A stretch of DNA of 64,000 bases from Minisyncoccota bacterium (GTDB lineage: Bacteria > Patescibacteriota > Minisyncoccia > Phycocordibacterales > PALSA-1337). The stretch's first letter is position 1. Each line of letters starts with the position of its first letter. The stretch lies in NCBI GenBank assembly GCA_041663145.1, contig JBAZRG010000001.1, forward strand, positions 74,467-138,466, in the 5' to 3' direction. The notes beneath the pieces are model-generated. The model was not told where the DNA came from, did no database searches, and saw nothing but the letters and a program-made list of their open reading frames with translations. This document shows, piece by piece, positions 28,447-37,465 of this stretch. A program made the translations under genes and the position numbers.

Positions 28447-29040
28447 TCAGAATAAATTTCTGGCATTTTTTCTTAATTCCTCAAATTTTTCTTTATCAAG
28501 AAAGCCTATTTTTTCGACATGACGTCGAGTATCGATTGATCGTATTTGAGAAAGAAGAGCTGACGCATGCTTTGTGTCGACTAGTCCAACAGGTATACGT
28601 AGATGATGTTTGTTGGGAGATGATGTTAGGGGGATAACCATGCATATTCTTGGTCCAAATTCTCGAATGATTACACATGGACGTAGAAATTCTTCACCAC
28701 TTCCGTCTTGTTCAAAACCAATATTGACTCCTAATCTACACCACCATATCTCTCTTGTTGTATATAGACGCTTCTCTTCAAGTTCTGCTTTTTTCTTTTT
28801 TGAATTCCATTTATCAAAATCTTTAGAATCAAGGTCTTTGTCAATCAAAGAAAATCTTATCCCATATTCTACTTCATATTCCAGATCTTTAATATGATTT
28901 TCAGCTTTATCTATTGCCAATCTTATAAAGTTAAAATCGCCGAGATGTTGTATATCCAAATCACTTTCATAATCTTTCTCAGAAACCCTAAATTTATCTA
29001 AGGAAATTTCTTCGATTTTTATATAATTGTTTGCACTCAT
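28447..29040 (-). CDS. PemK/MazF family toxin with ~70 aa acidic N-terminal extension
   Basis: 'EIWWCRLGVNIGFEQDG..RPCVII..VIPLTS..LSQIRSIDTRR'. Confidence 0.88.
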   Translation of the reverse strand: MSANNYIKIEEISLDKFRVSEKDYESDLDIQHLGDFNFIRLAIDKAENHIKDLEYEVEYGIRFSLIDKDLDSKDFDKWNSKKKKAELEEKRLYTTREIWWCRLGVNIGFEQDGSGEEFLRPCVIIREFGPRICMVIPLTSSPNKHHLRIPVGLVDTKHASALLSQIRSIDTRRHVEKIGFLDKEKFEELRKNARNLF

Positions 29041-29138
29041 AATAATTTGGGATAATTTTATTCTTAATTTTAGAAATAGCAAGACAGACTTATATTTACC
29101 ATTTCCAAATAAATATAATTTTGTTAGAATACAAAATC

Positions 29139-29438
29139 ATGACAAAAAACCCTTACCTCAACGCACTCATTGCTTCGCTTTACATCGTCTTTGTCGTACT
29201 CCTTATAACTTACGGTCCCATGTTTGTCAGAGAAAAACCGGATACAATTCTCGCTCCTATGGCGATGCTTAGCTTATTAGTTCTATCGGTTGCTTTTATG
29301 GGTTACACTTTCATCTTTCGACCGGCACTCATGTATATGGATGGACAAAAAAGTGAGGCGATAGGGCTTTTCACTAGGACATTACTTACGTTTTCTATTA
29401 TAACCGCTGTGATAGTTATTGTTGCCTTTTCCGTCTAG
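29139..29438 (+). CDS. Small three-TM membrane protein
   Basis: Three hydrophobic segments. Confidence 0.7.
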   Translation: MTKNPYLNALIASLYIVFVVLLITYGPMFVREKPDTILAPMAMLSLLVLSVAFMGYTFIFRPALMYMDGQKSEAIGLFTRTLLTFSIITAVIVIVAFSV

Positions 29439-30355
29439 TCGAATATATTCACGAGATACTCATCAATCTTGCGTTGATCGAGATCGTAAAAAGTCTTATC
29501 TTGATTTCGAATGTCGGTTGCTAGTTTGACACCGACGAATCGCCAATGCCACGGTTCGTAGACATAGTAGCCGTTGTTTTTTGGATATGACAGGACGAAA
29601 CCATACTTATAGGCATTCCTTTGCATCCATTCGAAAGCCGGAGTGCTTTCGAAGCCGTCAATATTACCACCCAGACCGGAAGTGATCATGTCTAGAGTTG
29701 TGCCGAGTTGATGTTCGGAGTAACCCTGATCGGCTGAAAATGAATTGGCGGTGCCAGCTCCATAGGTTAGGGAGTAATTGCCTTTTAGAGCTTTTTGCTC
29801 GGCGAATGACCTATAAGCGGAAGAAACATAGAGATTGATTTTGGAAGAAGAGGCGTTCTTTAGCATGTCTATCAAATGAGGCAGAATATCGGAGTGGATG
29901 AGCATCTGCTTGCTTTCACTGTATTGATAGGTGAGCGGTATCTCCGAGAGGCGTGCTGGCACGTAATTTTCATTTAGGAAATAAGCTTTGGAATATTTTT
30001 TAAGAAGTTCCGGATCAGTTTGAGCTAGCTTCTGAAGATTGGTGAGTGTGCCTGATAGTGTGCCATATTGATTTTGGACACCGCCGAGCTGTTCCGTGAT
30101 AGCACCGACTTTTTTCTGTTCTATCGATAAGGCATTGAAAAGTGAATTGTTCGTGTCTTTTATCGAAGCTTGTAAAACTTCAGTCGTAGATGATAAAGCT
30201 GTGGAAAGAGTCAAAATATTTGCATTCAAATCCGAAACTTTGAGAGAAAGCGAATTCATCCGAAAATGAGAATATATTAGTGTAAAGACTAGGACTATAG
30301 AGACAGAAGCGAATAAGAAAGTATTTGATTTTGGTGTGAAATTTAATGGTGTCAT
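29435..30355 (-). CDS. M15B D,D-carboxypeptidase (VanY-like) with TM helix and coiled coil
   Basis: 'SAYRS', 'SEHQLG..LD', 'YEPWHWRFVG'. Confidence 0.9.
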   Translation of the reverse strand: MTPLNFTPKSNTFLFASVSIVLVFTLIYSHFRMNSLSLKVSDLNANILTLSTALSSTTEVLQASIKDTNNSLFNALSIEQKKVGAITEQLGGVQNQYGTLSGTLTNLQKLAQTDPELLKKYSKAYFLNENYVPARLSEIPLTYQYSESKQMLIHSDILPHLIDMLKNASSSKINLYVSSAYRSFAEQKALKGNYSLTYGAGTANSFSADQGYSEHQLGTTLDMITSGLGGNIDGFESTPAFEWMQRNAYKYGFVLSYPKNNGYYVYEPWHWRFVGVKLATDIRNQDKTFYDLDQRKIDEYLVNIFD

Positions 30356-30431
30356 GGTTATAATCTATACGATTATCACTTTACACACAAATCATGAGAT
30401 GTGAGTAATTTTCTTAGAACATTTGTAATGT

Positions 30432-30935
30432 CTATATAGTGCTTGCGAAAGTTCCGACAATGAGACCGAGAATGATAGCGATGCCACCAATCACAACGAC
30501 GCGGATTCCATTCAATAAAAGATTTCCTTTGGAGATCTTTGCTCCGACCAGACCGAGAACAAAAAGGGCGATTGTCGAGAATAGTATGGAATAGTATAGA
30601 GCTTGGCCAACTGGCAAAAATAGATATGAAGAAAGAGGAATGAACCCGGAGATAAAATACGAAATGAACATGACTAATCCCGAAAAGATGTTTTTGAGAG
30701 TCACTTTTTCTTTACCGGTCGTAAATTCGTCCGCTGAAGATTCGGCGATAAATGAACCGGCACCCATTGAGAATGCTTCAACGAAGATAAGGACTATGCC
30801 AGTAAGGAAGATGTCCTCTTTTGACATTCCAGCGACGGCAATTCCAGACAAGAGACCGACTGTCGATACCAGACTGTCTTCTACGCCGAAAATGAAATTC
30901 CTAAAATACGAAACCGGATATTTGTGTTTGAACAT
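30432..30935 (-). CDS. VIT1/CCC1 family transporter
   Basis: 'IFGVEDSLVSTVGLLSGIA', 'AFSMGAGSFIAE'. Confidence 0.88.
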   Translation of the reverse strand: MFKHKYPVSYFRNFIFGVEDSLVSTVGLLSGIAVAGMSKEDIFLTGIVLIFVEAFSMGAGSFIAESSADEFTTGKEKVTLKNIFSGLVMFISYFISGFIPLSSYLFLPVGQALYYSILFSTIALFVLGLVGAKISKGNLLLNGIRVVVIGGIAIILGLIVGTFASTI

Positions 30936-30983
30936 GTCTATAGTTTAACACACTCCATAACGATATCGATTTAGGGTGTCTAT

Positions 30984-31379
30984 CTATTCAGTTGTTTTTC
31001 CTTCGAATTTGTCTGTTGTATCAGCTTCACCCAGAACTTTGGTCTTATGAACAACTCCGTCACGATGATGGGGTGGCATGTAGAGAGTATAGAGCTTCAT
31101 TGGCTCGGATCCAGTATTTACAATATTATGCTTTGTTCCGAGTGGCACGATAACGACACTACCATTTTCAAGAGGGTGAGAAATGCCATTTACGATTGCC
31201 TTGCCAGTACCTTTTTCGATTCGAAAGAACTGATCGACAGTGTGAGTCTCCTCGCCGATGTCTTCGTTTGGGAGAAGAGACATCAAAACAAGCTGACTAT
31301 TCTTCGCAGTATAAAGAACCTTTCTGAAGTTATCATTTTCTAGAGTGAGTTTTTCTATATTAGTGGTATATCCTTTCAT
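30984..31379 (-). CDS. Cupin domain protein
   Basis: 'IGEETH..DQFFRIEKG', 'GTKHNIVNTG..MKLYTLY.PPHH'. Confidence 0.9.
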   Translation of the reverse strand: MKGYTTNIEKLTLENDNFRKVLYTAKNSQLVLMSLLPNEDIGEETHTVDQFFRIEKGTGKAIVNGISHPLENGSVVIVPLGTKHNIVNTGSEPMKLYTLYMPPHHRDGVVHKTKVLGEADTTDKFEGKTTE

Positions 31380-31430
31380 GGGTGTATTATCTCATATTTC
31401 AATCGAGTATTCAAATATAAAAAGACCACC

Positions 31431-31889
31431 TCAAAACCGAAATTCTGAGGTGGGTCGAAGCTCAATCAATACTTTGTGCGATTCTTCGAATATATCAGGA
31501 AGTCTGTTTGTCCCACCATTTTTTTCTAATTTTATAGTACCAGTCCGGTGCACCGAATTGTATATAGCGGTGAACTGAAACCTGTCATCAGACATAGGAT
31601 CAATGACATGTCCCTCTAATGACCAAAGCGATGTGAGGGAGGTTGGATGACGTTTGACCGAATCAATCACCGTTGCCACTCGCATGACGAGAGTTGCGGC
31701 AACGGTGGCTGATGCTTCGAAAATGCAAGCAGTCACAAACTCAGCTTTATTTCGCGAAATTTCCCGGACATTGCAATTGGGCCTAAATAGGGAAAACATG
31801 ATGTCTTTTTCGCCCGGGCCTCTTATGATTTCAAGCCTATCGGTCCCATCTTTTTTGAGTGCCATACAACACCTTTCTGTATCGAACAA
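31431..31889 (-). CDS. Hypothetical protein
   Basis: ORF with upstream TTGACA-17-TAATTT and a terminator overlapping the stop; start uncertain. Confidence 0.5.
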   Translation of the reverse strand: MFDTERCCMALKKDGTDRLEIIRGPGEKDIMFSLFRPNCNVREISRNKAEFVTACIFEASATVAATLVMRVATVIDSVKRHPTSLTSLWSLEGHVIDPMSDDRFQFTAIYNSVHRTGTIKLEKNGGTNRLPDIFEESHKVLIELRPTSEFRF

Positions 31890-32049
31890 GGATTATTAGA
31901 TGAATCCCACACATCCATATTTCTCATCTTATGATGCAAGAAACGACTTAACCATACAGTTAAGGATCTGAGTATAAATTACCATGTGATTATTGTTGTG
32001 TCAAACATCCAGTTCCGTATTCAATCGTTGACCATGATGACATTCTTTC

Positions 32050-32523
32050 TCATGAGTTTAGTATCCAAATCATAAAGTTCAGATATCCAGCGAAGCTGAC
32101 CCAGAGTATGTAGGGAAGAAGTAGCCACATCGCAGGTTTTGATATTTTGTAGAAGAGAAACATCGTCCAGATGATCGTAAACCACATGAAAGCGATATCG
32201 ACAAATGCCCAGAGGGGGCTATGCAAACCAAAGAAAATGATTGACCATGCGGCATTGAGAACAAGTTGAAGTCCAAAGACAGCAAGAGCTTTTCGTACGT
32301 CTTTACGATCCAAACCTTTATTCCAGACTAGGAATGCTGCGATACCCATAAGGAGATAAAGTGTCGTCCAGACTGGACCGAATAACCAACTAGGTGGATT
32401 GAGAGCGGGTCTAGTGAGTGTGGCGTACCATGTAGGGATCGCAGAGATAGTAAAGACTGAACCGATGATGCCGGCAAGCTCTGAGACGATGATTGCAACT
32501 GCGAGTTTTATAGATTTATGCAT
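32050..32523 (-). CDS. tspO: TspO/MBR tryptophan-rich sensory protein
   Basis: 'WYATL.RP.LNPP.WLFGPVWT.LY..MG', 'LLPYILWVSFA.YLN'. Confidence 0.93.
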   Translation of the reverse strand: MHKSIKLAVAIIVSELAGIIGSVFTISAIPTWYATLTRPALNPPSWLFGPVWTTLYLLMGIAAFLVWNKGLDRKDVRKALAVFGLQLVLNAAWSIIFFGLHSPLWAFVDIAFMWFTIIWTMFLFYKISKPAMWLLLPYILWVSFAGYLNFMIWILNS

Positions 32524-32643
32524 GTGTATATATTATCTCATATTTACATTACTTACTATGTATATAAAAAAGACCACTTCAGAACACTCGTCTTGAAGTG
32601 GTTGACTGTTGACTGTCCCGTAGATAGTCACGAAGTGATAAAG

Positions 32644-32862
32644 CTAGTCTTTGTTCGCTTGAACATGAGGCCTTGTGAGCATTACGATCGCTCTGATGGG
32701 GATGTAATTTCTGCCTATCTTGTCAATCTGGATGCAATCCAGACCGACGGAGATAATCGTCACTTTGATTTTGTCTCCGGACGATAAACTTAGGCAAACT
32801 TCTTTGTTAACGTTGCGTTCCAGAATTTCATGGAACGTTCTCGATGGATCCATTCGTATCAT
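32644..32862 (-). CDS. Small hypothetical protein (possible Sm-like fold)
   Basis: 72 aa; 'KEVCLSLSSG..I.V.I..VG.D.I.......YIPIRAI' pattern. Confidence 0.45.
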   Translation of the reverse strand: MIRMDPSRTFHEILERNVNKEVCLSLSSGDKIKVTIISVGLDCIQIDKIGRNYIPIRAIVMLTRPHVQANKD

Positions 32863-32895
32863 TTAAACACCCTTCTTTGTGTTAGCAGTGCGTCG

Positions 32896-33300
32896 CTAGT
32901 CCTCCTCACGCGGTTCCGTGCGGCGCGGGAGATAGCGGAGGTTGCGACTGTTTCCTCCTTGTTCGCACCTGGTCGCCACACTACTAAAGATTTCGCGTGC
33001 AGTGAGGTCAGTGAGAGCTTCGTCGATCTGCTCATCAGTGACCTCAATTCGATCCTGATAGGCCACATCCCATCGGTCGGCACGATCCGGATTTGGACCG
33101 ATAAAGATAACTTCCTTCCCATTTGGTAATGTGATTACCTCATTTGGGTGTGGTAAGTGACTATTAACAGTAATGCAACTGGTTTGCACTGCGGTATGTA
33201 GCGTTCGTGCTGCATATCGACCGTCATCCATACATTCGAAGACAACGAGGGAAGTCTTGCCTTCACGTGGAATACGCTGCCCTACATCGTATTTGTTCAT
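32896..33300 (-). CDS. Hypothetical protein
   Basis: AAAGGA RBS; TTGACA-17-TAAGAT promoter upstream. Confidence 0.6.
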   Translation of the reverse strand: MNKYDVGQRIPREGKTSLVVFECMDDGRYAARTLHTAVQTSCITVNSHLPHPNEVITLPNGKEVIFIGPNPDRADRWDVAYQDRIEVTDEQIDEALTDLTAREIFSSVATRCEQGGNSRNLRYLPRRTEPREED

Positions 33301-33395
33301 AAAGTCCTTTGATTTTTAGTTGTGCAAGTTGACTATATGAAATCTTATCACAGTTAAAGTCAGATGTCAACTCTATCGTGGACAAGTTCAGAACC

Positions 33396-33995
33396 CTACT
33401 TTAGTAATGTAGGCTGGATTTTTTCAAAGTCAAAAAGCTCAGAGTTCCTTATTAGAATGGTTTTATTTGTTGTAAATGATATTCCCTTATTAGGATTGTC
33501 TTCAAAGCCTAAATATATGCAACTTACAGTCCTATCACGGATTTCCTTAATGGCAGGCTGTAAATCAGAATCAGAACTCGCCAATATAATTTCTTTTACC
33601 TTTTTATCGCAAGAATAACTGACCATATCCACCGCAATCTTCACGTCAACACCTTTTTCTTTGAATACCAGTACTTTTTTACCGTTAAAGCCATCTTCCA
33701 TCTGTCCTCTAACCCTACCGCTTAATATAACCTCGAATCCCTGAGCTTCGAGATGTGTTTTTAGTAAACGCTGTTCCTCAATTAGCTCTTGGGATTTGTC
33801 GTGGCTATCTTGGTGTGCCTTTATGCGGGCAAAATAAAATACTTTTCTATCTATATTTATATCTTTCAGGACTTTATCAAAAAGCCCTTTGAAGTTGTAT
33901 TCATTCCAGACGATTTTCTTTTTACGAGCGTCCTTGAAAACAGTTCGAATTTTGCCTTTGAAGTTTTCGCCGTCAATGAATAGCACTGTTTGCAT
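33396..33995 (-). CDS. NYN domain (PIN-like) ribonuclease
   Basis: 'FIDGENF', 'EKGVDVKIAVDM', 'SSDSDLQP'. Confidence 0.92.
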   Translation of the reverse strand: MQTVLFIDGENFKGKIRTVFKDARKKKIVWNEYNFKGLFDKVLKDINIDRKVFYFARIKAHQDSHDKSQELIEEQRLLKTHLEAQGFEVILSGRVRGQMEDGFNGKKVLVFKEKGVDVKIAVDMVSYSCDKKVKEIILASSDSDLQPAIKEIRDRTVSCIYLGFEDNPNKGISFTTNKTILIRNSELFDFEKIQPTLLK

Positions 33996-34339
33996 AATAA
34001 GGCCTATTTTAGCAGAAAATGGCTCAGCAACGCAAAACCCCAGCGGACCGTTAGGCTGGCTGGGGCGTGTATATAGACACTTTACTCTTTTTGACATTAA
34101 AGTCAATCGAGTAACTGTGGATACCTGAAGCACCCATTTGTAAGACGATTGCTTGAATGGTTTGCTGCACTTACTTGTTGAACTTACTGAGTTCTAGACT
34201 GAAGCTCGTAAATTCAATTCCTATCTCCAGTTACGAAATTAACCCATACTATGATCAGCACAAATCCGCCAAATGATGTATAGTAACGCAGCTAATGGCA
34301 AAATAGTCCAAAAAATGATTAAAAACATAAAACAAATTA

Positions 34340-34789
34340 ATGAGAGAATTCAATAAAAATTTCGGAGGAAGGCAGAATTTCGGTAAGAGGCCGGAGAATT
34401 TTAAAATGTTCACGACTACTTGTGCAGAATGCGGCAAGTCGTGTGAAGTGCCATTTAAGCCAAATGGATCGAGGCCGGTATATTGCAAGGAATGTTTCGG
34501 AAAACAAGGCGGATCACATAATGTATCTCATAGCCGAAATTCATTTAGGGACGCATCTACTCGTGATCCACAAGGTGGAAATGGCCCCTTGAATGATATA
34601 AAAACTGCACTTTCCATGATTAACATAAAATTGGATAAAGTGCTTTCTGCAATAGAAAGTGCAACTGACGAAATCGAAGAAGCAGATTCTGGTGAATTTC
34701 ATGCAGTTCCAGAAGAAGTGGTCAAAGAAGTTGTAACAGAGAAACCCTTAAAGCCAACAAAAAAGAAGTCTTCGAAAAAGAGGGATTGA
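34340..34789 (+). CDS. CxxC-x17-CxxC domain protein
   Basis: 'CAECGKSCEVPFKPNGSRPVYCKECF'. Confidence 0.9.
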   Translation: MREFNKNFGGRQNFGKRPENFKMFTTTCAECGKSCEVPFKPNGSRPVYCKECFGKQGGSHNVSHSRNSFRDASTRDPQGGNGPLNDIKTALSMINIKLDKVLSAIESATDEIEEADSGEFHAVPEEVVKEVVTEKPLKPTKKKSSKKRD

Positions 34790-35020
34790 TAACAAAAGGT
34801 TCAACAATATGTTTAGAGTCGTGCGTCTGGTTCCCTCTAGTGGACGAGTTCAGAACTGTGAATTGGAAGGAAATTGAAAGGGAATTGGTCTTTTTTTACA
34901 ATTATTCAATCGAGTATATAAAATGCCACTTCAGAACTTCCTGAAAAATCGAGATACAGATTAATTATCCTAAAAGAAAAAAAGCGCACATCATCGAAGA
35001 TGTACGCTCCGTGCACATAA

Positions 35021-35833
35021 TCACCTACGTACAGCGAGAAAGAGAGTGTTTGTTCCGCTGGGCAGCTCATGCGACGGCGTGTTCAGTCTTATTATCGGTC
35101 CGGACGAAACAATACCATCGGCTGCATTGGGGCCGAACTCACCTGAAAACTCGAAGAGTCTCCATTTAGGACCGTCCTTTGACGGCACCAAACCGAGGAA
35201 GTAGATGGAATTTCTGTTCACAACTGCTTCCTGCGTGGCAATGACGACATTCCAACTCAAAAAATGGTGATCTAAAACGTGACTTTGTTTTTTGAGCTGG
35301 CACAAATCCCAGATGCTTCCAGGTGTATAACCTGCTGACTTGAAGTTGCTTTCAACCTCTTGAAGCTGTACACCAGGATTGTTCCTCATGAGGAATGAAA
35401 GCTCAACGCGGCGCACCTCCTTGGGCCTTTCGGGGCGGTAGAAGGGCGTGAGAGTAATCCTTATTCCATCGTTCCAGACACCGGTCATTAGATAGGTGAA
35501 TGGATCTGAGTAATCGACGACTGCCTGCAGAACTGCTCCAGAGGGGTTAAACTCGCCAGCGGTCGTGTGAATCTGTTCAGTTCTGTCAACCCAATTTACC
35601 CACTTCTTCGAAAATACTGGTAAACCGAGATGTAGCCTCATTTGGTCGATTACTTCTGAGTCTTCGAGATCGAGGCTAGAAAATTTTACCGCATCCAGCA
35701 CCGAACTGAACAGCTTGTTCTCAATCAATCTTCTCTGAAGTTCATTACAATCTAGCTGCTTTTGCAGGATCAGGTTAAGCACCTGATTCCCTTGTGCTAG
35801 GGTTGTGTCTTTCACACAATTCCTTTCTTTCAA
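35021..35833 (-). CDS. Hypothetical protein
   Basis: 270 aa ORF with its own TTGACA promoter and terminator; start uncertain. Confidence 0.65.
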   Translation of the reverse strand: MKERNCVKDTTLAQGNQVLNLILQKQLDCNELQRRLIENKLFSSVLDAVKFSSLDLEDSEVIDQMRLHLGLPVFSKKWVNWVDRTEQIHTTAGEFNPSGAVLQAVVDYSDPFTYLMTGVWNDGIRITLTPFYRPERPKEVRRVELSFLMRNNPGVQLQEVESNFKSAGYTPGSIWDLCQLKKQSHVLDHHFLSWNVVIATQEAVVNRNSIYFLGLVPSKDGPKWRLFEFSGEFGPNAADGIVSSGPIIRLNTPSHELPSGTNTLFLAVRR

Positions 35834-36005
35834 TTTTTAGGAACAGATGTCAGGGAAATCCCTGGTTCCAGAATTACAATACCATTTAAACAAAGATGGT
35901 GTCAATATTGTACAACCCGACATTGAAAATTAATTATGTTTAGAACATATATAAAAGAAAGAACCCGCCAGCGAACTGAGCGAGTCTCTCATGTTCGGGC
36001 GGGTG

Positions 36006-36416
36006 CTATTTGATTCTACGCAATGATTTGACAATGATCTTGGTGGCGTCTGCAATCGAGACGATTTCGACTGTTCCTGCTTTATTTATCTTGATTACCC
36101 ACTCACCGTTGAGTCGTTCGATTGTGAATGAGTATTCTGAGAGTGGTACAGATACAAGATTTACATCCAGTTCAATATCGTCCGAAACAAAGTCGATCGC
36201 TCTGCATTGTTTGCAGAGGAAGACATTGATTTCGATGATCGTCTCTTCTGGTCTGTTAGTGTAGTATCCTTGGCCGTACTTGGACCTTACAGACCAGATG
36301 AGTTCCCGGGCGTGAGATTTGGTCTTTAATGTTTGACCAAGGTACATGTTTAAATCCAGCAGGATAGCGAAAAGCTTGCCTGCTTCAGGGTGATGCACAA
36401 ATATCTTTGCTTTCAT
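36006..36416 (-). CDS. Hypothetical protein
   Basis: 136 aa ORF with TTGACA promoter near 36492-36497. Confidence 0.6.
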   Translation of the reverse strand: MKAKIFVHHPEAGKLFAILLDLNMYLGQTLKTKSHARELIWSVRSKYGQGYYTNRPEETIIEINVFLCKQCRAIDFVSDDIELDVNLVSVPLSEYSFTIERLNGEWVIKINKAGTVEIVSIADATKIIVKSLRRIK

Positions 36417-36605
36417 AGAACAGAACTGATAGTTGTTGTTTGTTTCATTTCAAAGACTGCTACACTGTAGCATGGCATACTACAATCGATTTGTCAAACT
36501 CACGAACGCACTGGCTAGAGGACGTTCGAACCTATTTTAAGGAGTCTCTGCCCATCTATTCTGTGTTGTTTCCTAATCCAAAATTAATTCTGTTATAATT
36601 GAATT

Positions 36606-37204
36606 ATGAAAAAGAAGATCATCAAAAAAGAAGTAGTTATCTATCAAGCAAAGAACGGAGCGATCGAGTTGCGGGGTGATTTTACACATGAGACCGTGTG
36701 GGCAAATCGTATGCAAATGGCACTGATGTTCGATGTAAATCCACAAGCAATTTCGAAGCATATTCAAAATATTTATAATGAGAAGGAATTAGAGAGAAAA
36801 GCAACTAGTTCCAAAATGGAACTAGTTCAAAAAGAGGCCGGAAGGCAAGTGCACCGAGATGTAGATATGTAGATATTTTTGGAATAGAAAGAAGTCAAGG
36901 ATCTATAGCTGGAATTGTTGGCAATGTAATGCAGTCTTTCGAAGGTAAAGATCTCTATGAAAGTGCTGAAGAAAAAGCTTCGCACTTGTTGTACTTCATG
37001 GTAAAAAATCATCCATTCACTGATGGAAATAAAAGGAGTGGTGCTTTCGCTTTTGTATGGTTCTTGAAACAAGCCAATATTTTGGATGTATCCAAGCTTA
37101 CACCTTCGGCACTTACCGCACTCACGATCCTCGTTGCAAGTAGTAACCCGAAAGATAAAGATAAGGTTGTGGCTTTGATTCTGAATTTGATTGCTAGAAA
37201 ATAA
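36606..37204 (+). pseudogene. RhuM-N + Fic/Doc protein, broken into two ORFs
   Basis: 36606-36872 is RhuM-like ('ETVWANRMQMALMFDV..ISKHIQNIY..EL'); 36929-37204 carries the Fic motif 'HPFTDGNKRSG'; middle apparently deleted. Confidence 0.75.
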
Positions 37205-37302
37205 CTGCTCTCGTTCGTGGACGTGTTCAGAACTGCCAACTGGCGCAAAATCAATTGTTATTTGTATATATTTTGTAATATATGCTAGTATTATCGTTAC
37301 AA

Positions 37303-37386
37303 ATGAAAAAGACAGTCGTTAGACTAAATAATTGGCACCATAACCACGTTTTTAACGAAGGGGTTTATTGGCATGTCTCAAACTAA
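37303..37386 (+). CDS. Putative attenuator leader peptide (27 aa)
   Basis: MKKTVVRLNNWHHNHVFNEGVYWHVSN followed by alternative antiterminator/terminator. Confidence 0.6.
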   Translation: MKKTVVRLNNWHHNHVFNEGVYWHVSN

Positions 37387-37447
37387 CTACTAATCAGTAT
37401 TTCTAGAGACAAAAACACCCTTCAGAATTGTTGGGTGTTTTTGTTTT
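37357..37447 (+). promoter_or_regulatory. Transcription attenuator
   Basis: Terminator CAAAAACACCC/GGGTGTTTTTG + TTTT; antiterminator GAAGGGGTTT..TGTCTC / GAGACA..AAACACCCTTC. Confidence 0.65.
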
Positions 37448-37465
37448 ACTAACTAAATAACTATT

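Noticed and set aside
33378-37233. CRISPR or integron interpretation of the GTGGAC..GTTCAGAAC repeats
   Set aside because: Spacing is kilobases and irregular; no cas or intI gene; no attC-type RYYYAAC..GTTRRRY hairpin
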